Shown piece after piece: positions 1-7,112 of a stretch of 26,436 bases of DNA (its first letter is position 1; the number at the start of each line of letters is the position of its first letter). A model generated the notes under the pieces. The model searched no databases, had not been told where the DNA came from, and was given only the letters and a program-made list of their open reading frames with translations. The position numbers were made by a program, and so were the translations under genes. The DNA comes from a virus. Lineage: Duplodnaviria > Caudoviricetes. The stretch covers positions 1-26,436 of the IMG/VR virus record IMGVR_UViG_3300006639_000021. One strand, given 5' to 3'.

Positions 1-2
1 GA

Positions 3-140
3 ATGATGCACCCATCAGGATTGACACTCGCCCGCTGGGCGTGGCCCTTCAAGACCGACGCGGAGCGCGTACTGGTCGCACGGTGGTTCGCCAAGCAAGA
101 CCGCGCCCATCGTGGGCAAGGTGAGGAGGCACTGCTATGA
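3..140 (+). CDS. small hypothetical phage protein (45 aa; may start upstream of the window)
   Basis: Read by hand: MMHPSGLTLARWAWPFKTDAERVLVARWFAKQDRAHRGQGEEALL*. Its TGA overlaps the next ATG (ATGA at 137-140), typical of translational coupling. Confidence 0.55.
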   Translation: MMHPSGLTLARWAWPFKTDAERVLVARWFAKQDRAHRGQGEEALL

Positions 141-364
141 CCGACGAACGCCTACACGAACTCATGAACCCGCAGCCTTCGGTCGTGGTGCGTTCTCTCG
201 CCAAAGATCCGAACTACGTCAAGTGCCCTCGCTGCTGGCACTATACACACGAGGGCTTGCACAACTATGACAACCTGTGTGACCGTTGTTGCACGGTGTT
301 GATCAACCATTTTCCGAACCACGAAAGTGTTCCGCGTATCCTCGCGGCGAGAGCGGAGCGGTAA
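137..364 (+). CDS. stand-alone zinc-finger protein resembling the IleRS C-terminal (FPG/IleRS-type) zinc finger
   Basis: KCPRCWHYT...LCDRC four-Cys pattern. GAGGAGG SD upstream. ATGA and TAATG overlaps on either side. Confidence 0.75.
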   Translation: MTDERLHELMNPQPSVVVRSLAKDPNYVKCPRCWHYTHEGLHNYDNLCDRCCTVLINHFPNHESVPRILAARAER

Positions 365-612
365 TGCCATACAACACCGACCACCCTCCGAAGATTGCGG
401 ACCTCATCGCACTTTTAATCAAGGCCCCGCGTACAGGGCGTGAGCTTGCGGAACTGACAGGCATGCACCTGGGTACCATCCGTGCTTACCTCTTCGCCTT
501 CCACGCCGAGGGCTTCATCCACTACGATGAGCCTGCGCACCCAACAAAACCGCGTATCTACGTCTGGGATACCACGGCACTAGAATCGAGAAAACATGGC
601 CAACACACCTGA
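364..612 (+). CDS. winged helix-turn-helix DNA-binding protein (82 aa)
   Basis: Start moved to ATG 364 (TAATG overlap). TGRELAELTGMHLGTIRAYL is HTH-like and is followed by a wing-like EGFI...RIYVW segment. Confidence 0.7.
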   Translation: MPYNTDHPPKIADLIALLIKAPRTGRELAELTGMHLGTIRAYLFAFHAEGFIHYDEPAHPTKPRIYVWDTTALESRKHGQHT

Positions 613-889
613 ATCCAAAGTCAAGGCGAAAGCCGTTGACATTATTAAAAAACATAAGGGGTACTACTTCTACCCCGTCACGGGAGGCTACGGTCGTTCA
701 GGTATCCCCGACATCATCGTGTGTCATCGTGGGAAGTTCTTGGGCGTGGAGTGCAAAGCCGGGTTCAACAAGCCCACCGCACTGCAAGAGCAGGAGATGG
801 CAAAGATCGAACAAGCGGGCGGTGCCGCAATGGTGGTGCGAGAAGACACCCTTGATCTGCTCGATCGCTGGCTCTGGGAGAACACGTAA
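596..889 (+). CDS. VRR-NUC family nuclease / Holliday-junction resolvase-like protein
   Basis: PESKVK...GIPDII...FLGVECKA...PTALQ...GG motif set of phage VRR-NUC proteins. Confidence 0.88.
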   Translation: MANTPESKVKAKAVDIIKKHKGYYFYPVTGGYGRSGIPDIIVCHRGKFLGVECKAGFNKPTALQEQEMAKIEQAGGAAMVVREDTLDLLDRWLWENT

Positions 890-2205
890 TGGAGATAGTA
901 ACGCTAGATTTCGAGACGTTTTATGACCGTGAGTACAATCTAACCAAACTCACTACCGAAGAGTACATCCGCGACCCACGCTTTGAAGTCATCATGCTCG
1001 GCGTGCGCTGGCCGGATGGATCGAAGGAGGTCGTCTCTGGCACCCACCTTGAGATCAAGCAGTGGTGCGATGCGGTGCCGTGGGGGCAGTACGCGATCCT
1101 GTGCCACAACACACTCTTCGACGGTGCCATCCTGTCGTGGAAGTTCGGGGTCAAGCCCCGCGTGTGGCTCGACACCCTCAGCATGGGACGCGGCATGTTC
1201 AGTGCCCGGAACAACTCCTTGGCGTCGCTGGCCAAGCGCTACCATCTGGAGGACAAGGGTACCTATGTCATGAACATGATGGGGCGTAGGCGCTCTGACA
1301 TGTCTCCGGGGGAGTTCAAACAGTACGCCGAATACTGCCTGCTCGACGTCGACCTGTGCCATGACTTGTGGCACCTCATGTCCAGTGGCTGGTACAACCT
1401 GACCGAGGGGGACATTCGAGGCCCCTACCCTCTTGAGGAACTGAAGCTCATCGACCTGCACATTCGCATGTTCACCGAGCCGATGCTCCGGCTCAACCGA
1501 GGCAAGCTGGAGACACACCTCGCAGCGGTGCGGGCCCGCAAGGCGAACCTGCTGTGTGCCGCCGCAGTGGACGTCGAGTCGCTGATGAGCAACCAGAAGT
1601 TCGCAGAGGTGCTCAAGGGCTTTGGCGTTGACCCACCGACGAAGATCAGCCCGACCACGAACAAGCCCACCTTTGCCTTCGCCAAGACCGACCCGGGCAT
1701 GAAGGCCCTCCTCGAACACGAGGATGAGCGGGTGCAGGCTGTGGCTGCTGCACGACTTGGCGTCAAGAGCACCCTGGAGGAGACGCGCACGGAGCGCTTC
1801 ATCGGGATCGCAACCCGGGGCGGTGCCTTCCCCGTGCCGCTCAAGTACGCCTATGCGCGAACAAAAAGGTCATCTGGCTGCCTAGTAGCCGGAACGCAGG
1901 TCTTAGTGTATGATCCAGGCCAGCGCGGTGTCGTGAGCAAGCAGATCGTAGATGTGCTAGCCGATGACCTCGTATGGGACGGAGAGGCATTCGTTGAACA
2001 CGAAGGGGTTCAGTTCAGCGGGTACCGCGAAGTCATATCTTGGGATGGCGTAACAGGAACACCAGAACATGTCGTATTCACCGAATCTGGCGAGATCAGC
2101 TTACTTGAAGCAATGCAGAGACAATGTAGAATCAAAACTACTAGAAATCCTTCCGACGACGACGTTGACTCCGCTAGAGTCGTTGCACACCACCTACGCA
2201 AGTAG
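889..2205 (+). CDS. polA: DNA polymerase A N-terminal precursor (3'-5' exonuclease + thumb; 330-aa extein) fused to an N-intein
   Basis: ExoI LDFET, ExoII HNTLFD, ExoIII YCLLD. The extein ends ...YARTKRSSG, the first half of the TGRxSS..NLQN motif, and then intein sequence begins with CLVAGT. Confidence 0.92.
   Translation: MEIVTLDFETFYDREYNLTKLTTEEYIRDPRFEVIMLGVRWPDGSKEVVSGTHLEIKQWCDAVPWGQYAILCHNTLFDGAILSWKFGVKPRVWLDTLSMGRGMFSARNNSLASLAKRYHLEDKGTYVMNMMGRRRSDMSPGEFKQYAEYCLLDVDLCHDLWHLMSSGWYNLTEGDIRGPYPLEELKLIDLHIRMFTEPMLRLNRGKLETHLAAVRARKANLLCAAAVDVESLMSNQKFAEVLKGFGVDPPTKISPTTNKPTFAFAKTDPGMKALLEHEDERVQAVAAARLGVKSTLEETRTERFIGIATRGGAFPVPLKYAYARTKRSSGCLVAGTQVLVYDPGQRGVVSKQIVDVLADDLVWDGEAFVEHEGVQFSGYREVISWDGVTGTPEHVVFTESGEISLLEAMQRQCRIKTTRNPSDDDVDSARVVAHHLRK
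1879..2205 (+). other. N-terminal half of a split intein (IntN, 108 aa)
   Basis: Block A Cys1 CLVAGTQVL. Hint-domain IVDVLADDLVWDG. Block B TxxH (GTPEHVVFT). Stop at 2203-2205 with no HN terminus. Acidic: 18 D/E vs 10 K/R by hand count. Confidence 0.9.
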
Positions 2206-2839
2206 AATACTGATGCGGTGCCAATGTGGCACCGAGAAACGCTTTAGAGTGTCTGACCTGATAGCAGGAACAAAGAAATGCCTACCGTGCTCTTCTAAAG
2301 AGCGGGCCGCTAAAAAGACACCGGAGATGCGCCGCGCTTTTGCTGTGAAAGGGTCCCAGGCCGCGCTCAAGGCGAATACTCAAAAACTGGAGTCAGATCC
2401 GTTGCGTGCGCAGTTCGGGCATGCACAACTTGAACTAATATCCAAAATGGGGATAAGTGCCAAAGGGCGGTGCACGAATAAAAACAACGCTGCGTATGCA
2501 AACTACGGGGGTAGAAGTATAGAGTTTAAGTTCCCTACGATTCGCGCATTTGCTGAATGGGTGCTACAAAATTTGGGTCCCAGACCAAACAGCGCGTATT
2601 CTATAGACCGCATAGACAACAACGCGCACTACGAACCCGGGAATCTTCGATGGGCCACTAGAACTGAGCAAGCGCGCAATAAACGCATGTACAAACGAAC
2701 TGCTCAAGGGGAACGTATACGAAGTCTGCAAGTCCAAAGGCCAGATTTAACATATGAGACCTTGAGAATTTGGATTAAACAGGGTGCATCTGACGATGAA
2801 ATTCTACAAAGGGTGAAGTATGCTCGTCCCGGTATATGA
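2069..2839 (+). CDS. free-standing HNH-type homing endonuclease with N-terminal Cys-rich domain
   Basis: RCQCG...CLPC Cys motif and RCTNKNNAAYANYGGRSI...SIDRIDNNAHYEPGNLRWAT..EQARNKR, the common phage HNH-like family. AT-richer than the host gene. An alternative in-frame ATG lies at 2213. Confidence 0.82.
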   Translation: MSYSPNLARSAYLKQCRDNVESKLLEILPTTTLTPLESLHTTYASRILMRCQCGTEKRFRVSDLIAGTKKCLPCSSKERAAKKTPEMRRAFAVKGSQAALKANTQKLESDPLRAQFGHAQLELISKMGISAKGRCTNKNNAAYANYGGRSIEFKFPTIRAFAEWVLQNLGPRPNSAYSIDRIDNNAHYEPGNLRWATRTEQARNKRMYKRTAQGERIRSLQVQRPDLTYETLRIWIKQGASDDEILQRVKYARPGI

Positions 2840-2897
2840 CATAAAGAACTGCGGGCCTCGCCACAGGTTTGTGGCTAACGGCAAGCTAGTTCATAAT
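2820..2897 (+). other. C-terminal half of a split intein (IntC, 26 aa)
   Basis: MLVPVYDIKNCGPRHRFVANGKLVHN|S: block F VYDI, block G His-Asn, +1 Ser at 2898-2900. Net basic. Confidence 0.92.
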
Positions 2898-3773
2898 TCA
2901 GACGGTATTAACTTACAAAATCTACCGTCACGAGGGAGTACGAATCTTAAGGCCTGCATCGAAGCACCCCCGGGCTACGTCATCATCGACTGCGACTCCT
3001 CGAACATCGAGGCGCGGGTGCTCGCGTGGCTGGCGGGGCAGGAAGATCTGGTCAACGACTTCGCCAGCGGCGTTGATGTGTACTGTAAACAATCAACCCG
3101 CATTTACGGGCGCGCTATAACGAAGGCAGATAAGCTGGAAAGATTTGTAGGAAAAACGGTAATTTTAGGCTGTGGCTACCAAACCGGTGCAGGCAAGCTC
3201 AAGGCGACGCTCAAGGCAGCAACACCGTCGGTCGACCTCGACATCGTAGAGTGCGAGAAGATCATCAACACCTACCGTGGCAGCGTGCCGTGCATCGTTG
3301 ACCTGTGGGCACGGGGAGAAGACGCCATCCGCTCTATGTACAACGATCAGAGTATGTGGCTGGGGCGTGAGGGTGTGGCGCTGATCGAAGGGAAGAAGGG
3401 CATCAAGCTACCCAGCGGACTCTACATCAGCTACCCACAACTCCACCGTGCACAGGGTGAGCGCTTCGTTGAGTGGCGATACAAGGACGACACAGGTGTG
3501 GTGAACATCTACGGTGGGAAGCTCATCGAGAACCTCACCCAAGCACTGGCGCGTATCATCGTCATGAGTCAGATGCTACGCATCTCCCGTAAGTTACCCG
3601 TCAAACTCACTGTGCATGACAGCGTGATAGCATTGGCTCGCGAAGATGAGCGCCAAGCGGCGAGGGCTTACGTCGAGTCCTGCATGCGCTGGGTGCCTGA
3701 CTGGGCACAGGGGTGCCCGCTCAACTGTGAATCGAAGTGGGGCTACAACTATGGAGAACTGCATGACGACTGA
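2820..3773 (+). CDS. polA: DNA polymerase A C-terminal precursor (palm/fingers) with an N-terminal C-intein
   Basis: After HN the extein reads SDGINLQNLP. Motif A DCDSSNIEAR, motif B RFVGKTVILGCGY, motif C VHDS. SD-like AGGGTG precedes ATG 2820. Confidence 0.92.
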   Translation: MLVPVYDIKNCGPRHRFVANGKLVHNSDGINLQNLPSRGSTNLKACIEAPPGYVIIDCDSSNIEARVLAWLAGQEDLVNDFASGVDVYCKQSTRIYGRAITKADKLERFVGKTVILGCGYQTGAGKLKATLKAATPSVDLDIVECEKIINTYRGSVPCIVDLWARGEDAIRSMYNDQSMWLGREGVALIEGKKGIKLPSGLYISYPQLHRAQGERFVEWRYKDDTGVVNIYGGKLIENLTQALARIIVMSQMLRISRKLPVKLTVHDSVIALAREDERQAARAYVESCMRWVPDWAQGCPLNCESKWGYNYGELHDD

Positions 3774-3966
3774 CGAGATCATCGACTACGCTATGCCGAT
3801 GATGAAGATTCAGCAGATGCTGCGCAAAGCGCACGACCTGTGCCTTGAGCACCGCTACGCTGAAGCCCGTGAAGTGGCCTTGCATATTGGCACCGAAGCG
3901 CGTATCCTCCAGCACACGCTATCCATCATGGAGGACGGGCCTATGGCCCGCGCTGCCACGTCATGA
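3763..3966 (+). CDS. hypothetical protein (67 aa, helical)
   Basis: GGAG SD before ATG 3763 (MTTDEIIDYA...). Overlaps the pol stop and the next start (ATGA). Confidence 0.65.
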   Translation: MTTDEIIDYAMPMMKIQQMLRKAHDLCLEHRYAEAREVALHIGTEARILQHTLSIMEDGPMARAATS

Positions 3967-4646
3967 GCTTGCCCGGACCTTGGTCGTTCTCGTCTCTCAA
4001 GTCGTTCAAGACTTGTCCAAAAAAGTTTTTTGAGATTAAGGTCGCAAAGAACTACAAAGAGCCTGAATACACCGAGGCCACGCTGTACGGCTCTAACTTC
4101 CATGAGGCAGCAGAACACTATGTCCGGGATGACAAACCGCTGCCCCCGGAGTTCTCTTATGTTAGAGGGCAGCTTGACACACTCCGGGCACTGCCTGGAG
4201 AGAAGTTCTGCGAGTACGAGATGGGGCTGACGAAGGACTTCGAGCCCTGCGGGTTCAAAGATCCGAACGTCTGGTGCCGGGGCATCGCTGACCTGCTCAT
4301 CGTCAACCGTGAGACGGGCACGGCGCGGGTCATCGACTACAAGACCGGCAAGTCGGCCAAGTACGCGGACACTGCGCAGCTTGAACTCATGGCCTTGATG
4401 GTCTTCAAACACTTCCCGGAGATCAAGAGAGTCAAGGCAGGCTTGCTGTTCGTCGTGGCAAATTCGTTCAAGCCAGCGGAGTACACCGCTGAGCAAGAGA
4501 AGATCTACTGGCAGCAGTGGATGGCTGACGTCAAGCGTCTTGAAAATGCACACCGTACAGGTGTGTGGAATCCGAATCCTTCGGGGCTGTGCAAACGGCA
4601 CTGTGTGGTGATGTCTTGCCCGCACAACGGGCTGAATGGAGGTTGA
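3963..4646 (+). CDS. PD-(D/E)XK Cas4/RecB-like exonuclease
   Basis: WSFSSL...CP, RGIADLL, IDYKTGK, QL..MA, and C-terminal LCKRHC...CPHN Cys cluster. Confidence 0.88.
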   Translation: MSLPGPWSFSSLKSFKTCPKKFFEIKVAKNYKEPEYTEATLYGSNFHEAAEHYVRDDKPLPPEFSYVRGQLDTLRALPGEKFCEYEMGLTKDFEPCGFKDPNVWCRGIADLLIVNRETGTARVIDYKTGKSAKYADTAQLELMALMVFKHFPEIKRVKAGLLFVVANSFKPAEYTAEQEKIYWQQWMADVKRLENAHRTGVWNPNPSGLCKRHCVVMSCPHNGLNGG

Positions 4647-4647
4647 A

Positions 4648-4914
4648 ATGCCTTACAAAAACAAGGCCGACCGGGACCACAAGAAAGAGTACGCTGACTT
4701 CCTAGCCAATGGTGGACGCGCCAAGCAGAGCGAAAGGCAGAGAGCCCGACGTGCCTGGGACAAAGAGAACGGCAAGGCATCGCGGAAAGGTAAGGCTCTG
4801 GATCACGTTGTCCCTATCAAGGACGGTGGCAAGAGCAAGCCGGGGAACGTGAAGCTCAAGAGCTTCAGCGCAAACAGCGCACGCAATTTCAAGGGACCGA
4901 AGTCCGGGGGCTGA
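4648..4914 (+). CDS. small HNH-fold protein
   Basis: GGAGG SD favours ATG 4648. LDHVVPIKDGG...GN...AN.. is an HNH-like pattern. Very basic. Confidence 0.72.
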   Translation: MPYKNKADRDHKKEYADFLANGGRAKQSERQRARRAWDKENGKASRKGKALDHVVPIKDGGKSKPGNVKLKSFSANSARNFKGPKSGG

Positions 4915-4934
4915 CCCCGGGTTCTCCCTATACC

Positions 4935-5006
4935 GCCTAGCATCGCAAGGTGCTAGGCTTGTCCGCCCTTCGGGGCTTCGAGCTTGACGGACTTTGTCCC
5001 TCAAGC
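4935..5006 (+). promoter_or_regulatory. intergenic array of three hairpins (candidate structured RNA)
   Basis: GCCTAGCATC-GCAA-GGTGCTAGGC (4935-4958, GNRA loop); GCCC-TTCG-GGGC (4965-4976); GCTTGAcGGAC-TTT-GTCCcTCAAGC (4982-5006). Confidence 0.55.
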
Positions 5007-5031
5007 GATTTCCGTTTGTCTAGGAGCGCAA

Positions 5032-5562
5032 GTGAAACAACATGTCATGGTAGATATCGAGACCCTTGGTACACGCCCGGGGGACATCATCCTGTCTATT
5101 GGCGCTGTGAAGTTCAGCGTAGAAGAAGAGATCAAGGGCGAGTTCTACGTCACGATTGACGCGGAGTCGTGCAAGGCAGCGGGCCTGCGTGCACAGAAGA
5201 GCACCCTTGAGTGGTGGAGCAAGCAGTCCGATGCGGCGAGAGAGGCTGCGTTCAAGGGGGAGTTCTCTCTAAACGTAGCCCTGATCAAGCTCGCGGTGTG
5301 GATGCCCCCGCTGGAGGAAGCAGTTGTCTGGGGCAACGGTGCCAACTTCGACAACGCACTACTGGCCGCTGCGTACCGGGCTATCAAACACGACGTGCCT
5401 TGGCACTTCTGGAACGATAGGTGCTACCGGACGATGGCCGCGATGTTTCTCAAGGATCGTATTGAGCGTGTAGGTACCGGACACGTCGCGCTTGATGATG
5501 CCAAGACTCAGGCGATGCGGCTGATCCATATGGCGAAGAAGAGTAAGTTCGCTCTGGAGTAA
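5032..5562 (+). CDS. DEDD 3'-5' exonuclease/exoribonuclease (Rv2179c / RNase AS-like)
   Basis: MVDIETLG, WGNGANFDN, RCYRT, HVALDDA motifs. Start set at GTG 5032 behind the AGGAG SD. Confidence 0.85.
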   Translation: MKQHVMVDIETLGTRPGDIILSIGAVKFSVEEEIKGEFYVTIDAESCKAAGLRAQKSTLEWWSKQSDAAREAAFKGEFSLNVALIKLAVWMPPLEEAVVWGNGANFDNALLAAAYRAIKHDVPWHFWNDRCYRTMAAMFLKDRIERVGTGHVALDDAKTQAMRLIHMAKKSKFALE

Positions 5563-7112
5563 TGATGCAGATCATTGACAACAAGGCATTGTTGTTGAAG
5601 CTCCGCAACCCCCAACGGGTACTGAACACCATCCCGAAAAGCAAGCTGCTTGATGATGGTCGCGTGCTTGTCCACTGGGGGTTGGACGAAGCGCGGGTGC
5701 TGAAGAACGTCGGCGTCAAGGGGGTACCCTCTCCCATCGAGCGCCGCTACAAGTGGCCGGGGATCTACAAGCCCTTCGATCACCAGCGGACGACAGCATC
5801 TTTCATGACGCTGCACAAACGGGCCTTCTGCTTCAACGACCCGGGCACAGGAAAGACCGCATCGTTTGCATGGGCGGCTGACTACCTGATGAACAAGGGC
5901 TACATCAGGCGTGCACTGGTGATCTGTCCTCTGTCCATCATGTCCTCAGCATGGCAGGCGGATCTGTTCAAGGTGGTCATGCACCGACGCGTCGATGTGG
6001 CCTACGGCGACCGGCGCAAGCGGGCCAAGATCATTCAGTCCGATGCCGAGTTCGTCATCATCAACTTCGACGGCGTGCAGACGGTGCTGGAGGAGCTGAA
6101 GGCCGGGGGCTTCGACCTTGTCATCATTGACGAGGCGAACGCCGTGAAGACCGCGACGACCAACCGGTGGAAGGCTATCAACGAGCTGATCACTGCCGAC
6201 ACGTGGTTGTGGATGGCAACTGGCACCCCGGCGTCCCAAGCACCGACCGATGCCTACGGCCTTGCCAAGATGCTGAACCCGGACTCGGTGCCAAGATACT
6301 TCTACGCTTTCCGTGACATGGTGATGTGGAAGGTCACGCAGTTCAAATGGAAGCAGAAGAACAACGCTGCGGAAATCGTCAACCGCGTGCTTCAACCCGC
6401 CATTCGTTTCACCAAGGAGGAGTGCCTTGACCTACCAGAGCTTTTATACACCACACGAGAGGTAGAGCTGACGCCGCAACAACTCAAGTACTACAAGCTG
6501 CTGAAAGATCAGTTCATTATGTCGGCGGGCACTGAGACGGTGACATCAGTCAACGCCGCGACCAACCTCAACAAGCTCCTGCAAGTGTCCTCCGGCGCAG
6601 TCTATTCCGACGACGGTAACACTGTCGAGTTCGACATCACGAACCGCTACAACGTTCTGCTGGAAGCCATCGAGGAGAGCACCCACAAGGTGCTGGTCTT
6701 CGTTCCGTACCGGCATACCATCACGGTGCTCGAAGAGCGGCTCAAGAAGGACAAGATCGCTGTCGAAGTCATCGACGGCAGCGTCCCGGTGGCCCAGCGC
6801 ACGAGGATCTTTGCGGCGTTCCAGACCGAGCCTGAGCCGAGGGTGCTGCTAATCCAGCCTGCGGCGGCTTCGCACGGCGTGACCCTGCATGCGGCCAACA
6901 CGGTTGTGTGGTGGGGCCCTGTGACGTCGAACGAGATCTACCATCAGGCCAACGCCCGCGTGCACCGTGCAGGCCAGAAGAACCCCTGCCTTGTGGTCAG
7001 GCTGTGCGGCAGTGGCGTGGAGCGCAAGCTGTACGACTCGCTCGACGGCAAGACCGAGGACATGGAGTCCCTGCTCAACTTGTATCGAGAGGAGGTGTTA
7101 TGCAACCTTTGA
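5562..7112 (+). CDS. SNF2-family (SF2) helicase
   Basis: DPGTGKT Walker A, IIDEA, ATGTP, HGVTL, QANARVHRAGQ. Confidence 0.93.
   Translation: MMQIIDNKALLLKLRNPQRVLNTIPKSKLLDDGRVLVHWGLDEARVLKNVGVKGVPSPIERRYKWPGIYKPFDHQRTTASFMTLHKRAFCFNDPGTGKTASFAWAADYLMNKGYIRRALVICPLSIMSSAWQADLFKVVMHRRVDVAYGDRRKRAKIIQSDAEFVIINFDGVQTVLEELKAGGFDLVIIDEANAVKTATTNRWKAINELITADTWLWMATGTPASQAPTDAYGLAKMLNPDSVPRYFYAFRDMVMWKVTQFKWKQKNNAAEIVNRVLQPAIRFTKEECLDLPELLYTTREVELTPQQLKYYKLLKDQFIMSAGTETVTSVNAATNLNKLLQVSSGAVYSDDGNTVEFDITNRYNVLLEAIEESTHKVLVFVPYRHTITVLEERLKKDKIAVEVIDGSVPVAQRTRIFAAFQTEPEPRVLLIQPAAASHGVTLHAANTVVWWGPVTSNEIYHQANARVHRAGQKNPCLVVRLCGSGVERKLYDSLDGKTEDMESLLNLYREEVLCNL

Noticed and set aside
21-26. TTGACA as a -35 element (also TTGACG at 9501)
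   Set aside because: No plausible -10 hexamer at 16-18 nt spacing.
1879-2897. Group I intron interrupting polA
   Set aside because: The borders are protein-splicing motifs (Cys1, His-Asn-Ser) and the insert is fully coding, leaving no room for a ribozyme core.
889-3773. polA as a frameshifted pseudogene or an assembly error in one contiguous intein
   Set aside because: It needs two independent indels located exactly at the IntN/HNH and HNH/IntC borders. IntC has its own ATG and SD, and all catalytic motifs are intact. Not fully excludable without reads.
3963-4646. Cas4-like gene as part of a CRISPR-Cas system
   Set aside because: No repeat-spacer array or other cas genes were seen. Solo Cas4-like nucleases are routine in phage replication modules.
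4915-5031. tRNA gene in the structured intergenic regions
   Set aside because: No cloverleaf with acceptor stem, anticodon arm and correctly placed T-loop could be built here, at 9501-9603 or at 12910-12990.
6908-7099. Extended N-termini in the ORF track (starts 286, 3646, 4984, 6908, 7851, 18951, 26002)
   Set aside because: Downstream starts have better SD sequences or stop-start coupling and avoid long overlaps.
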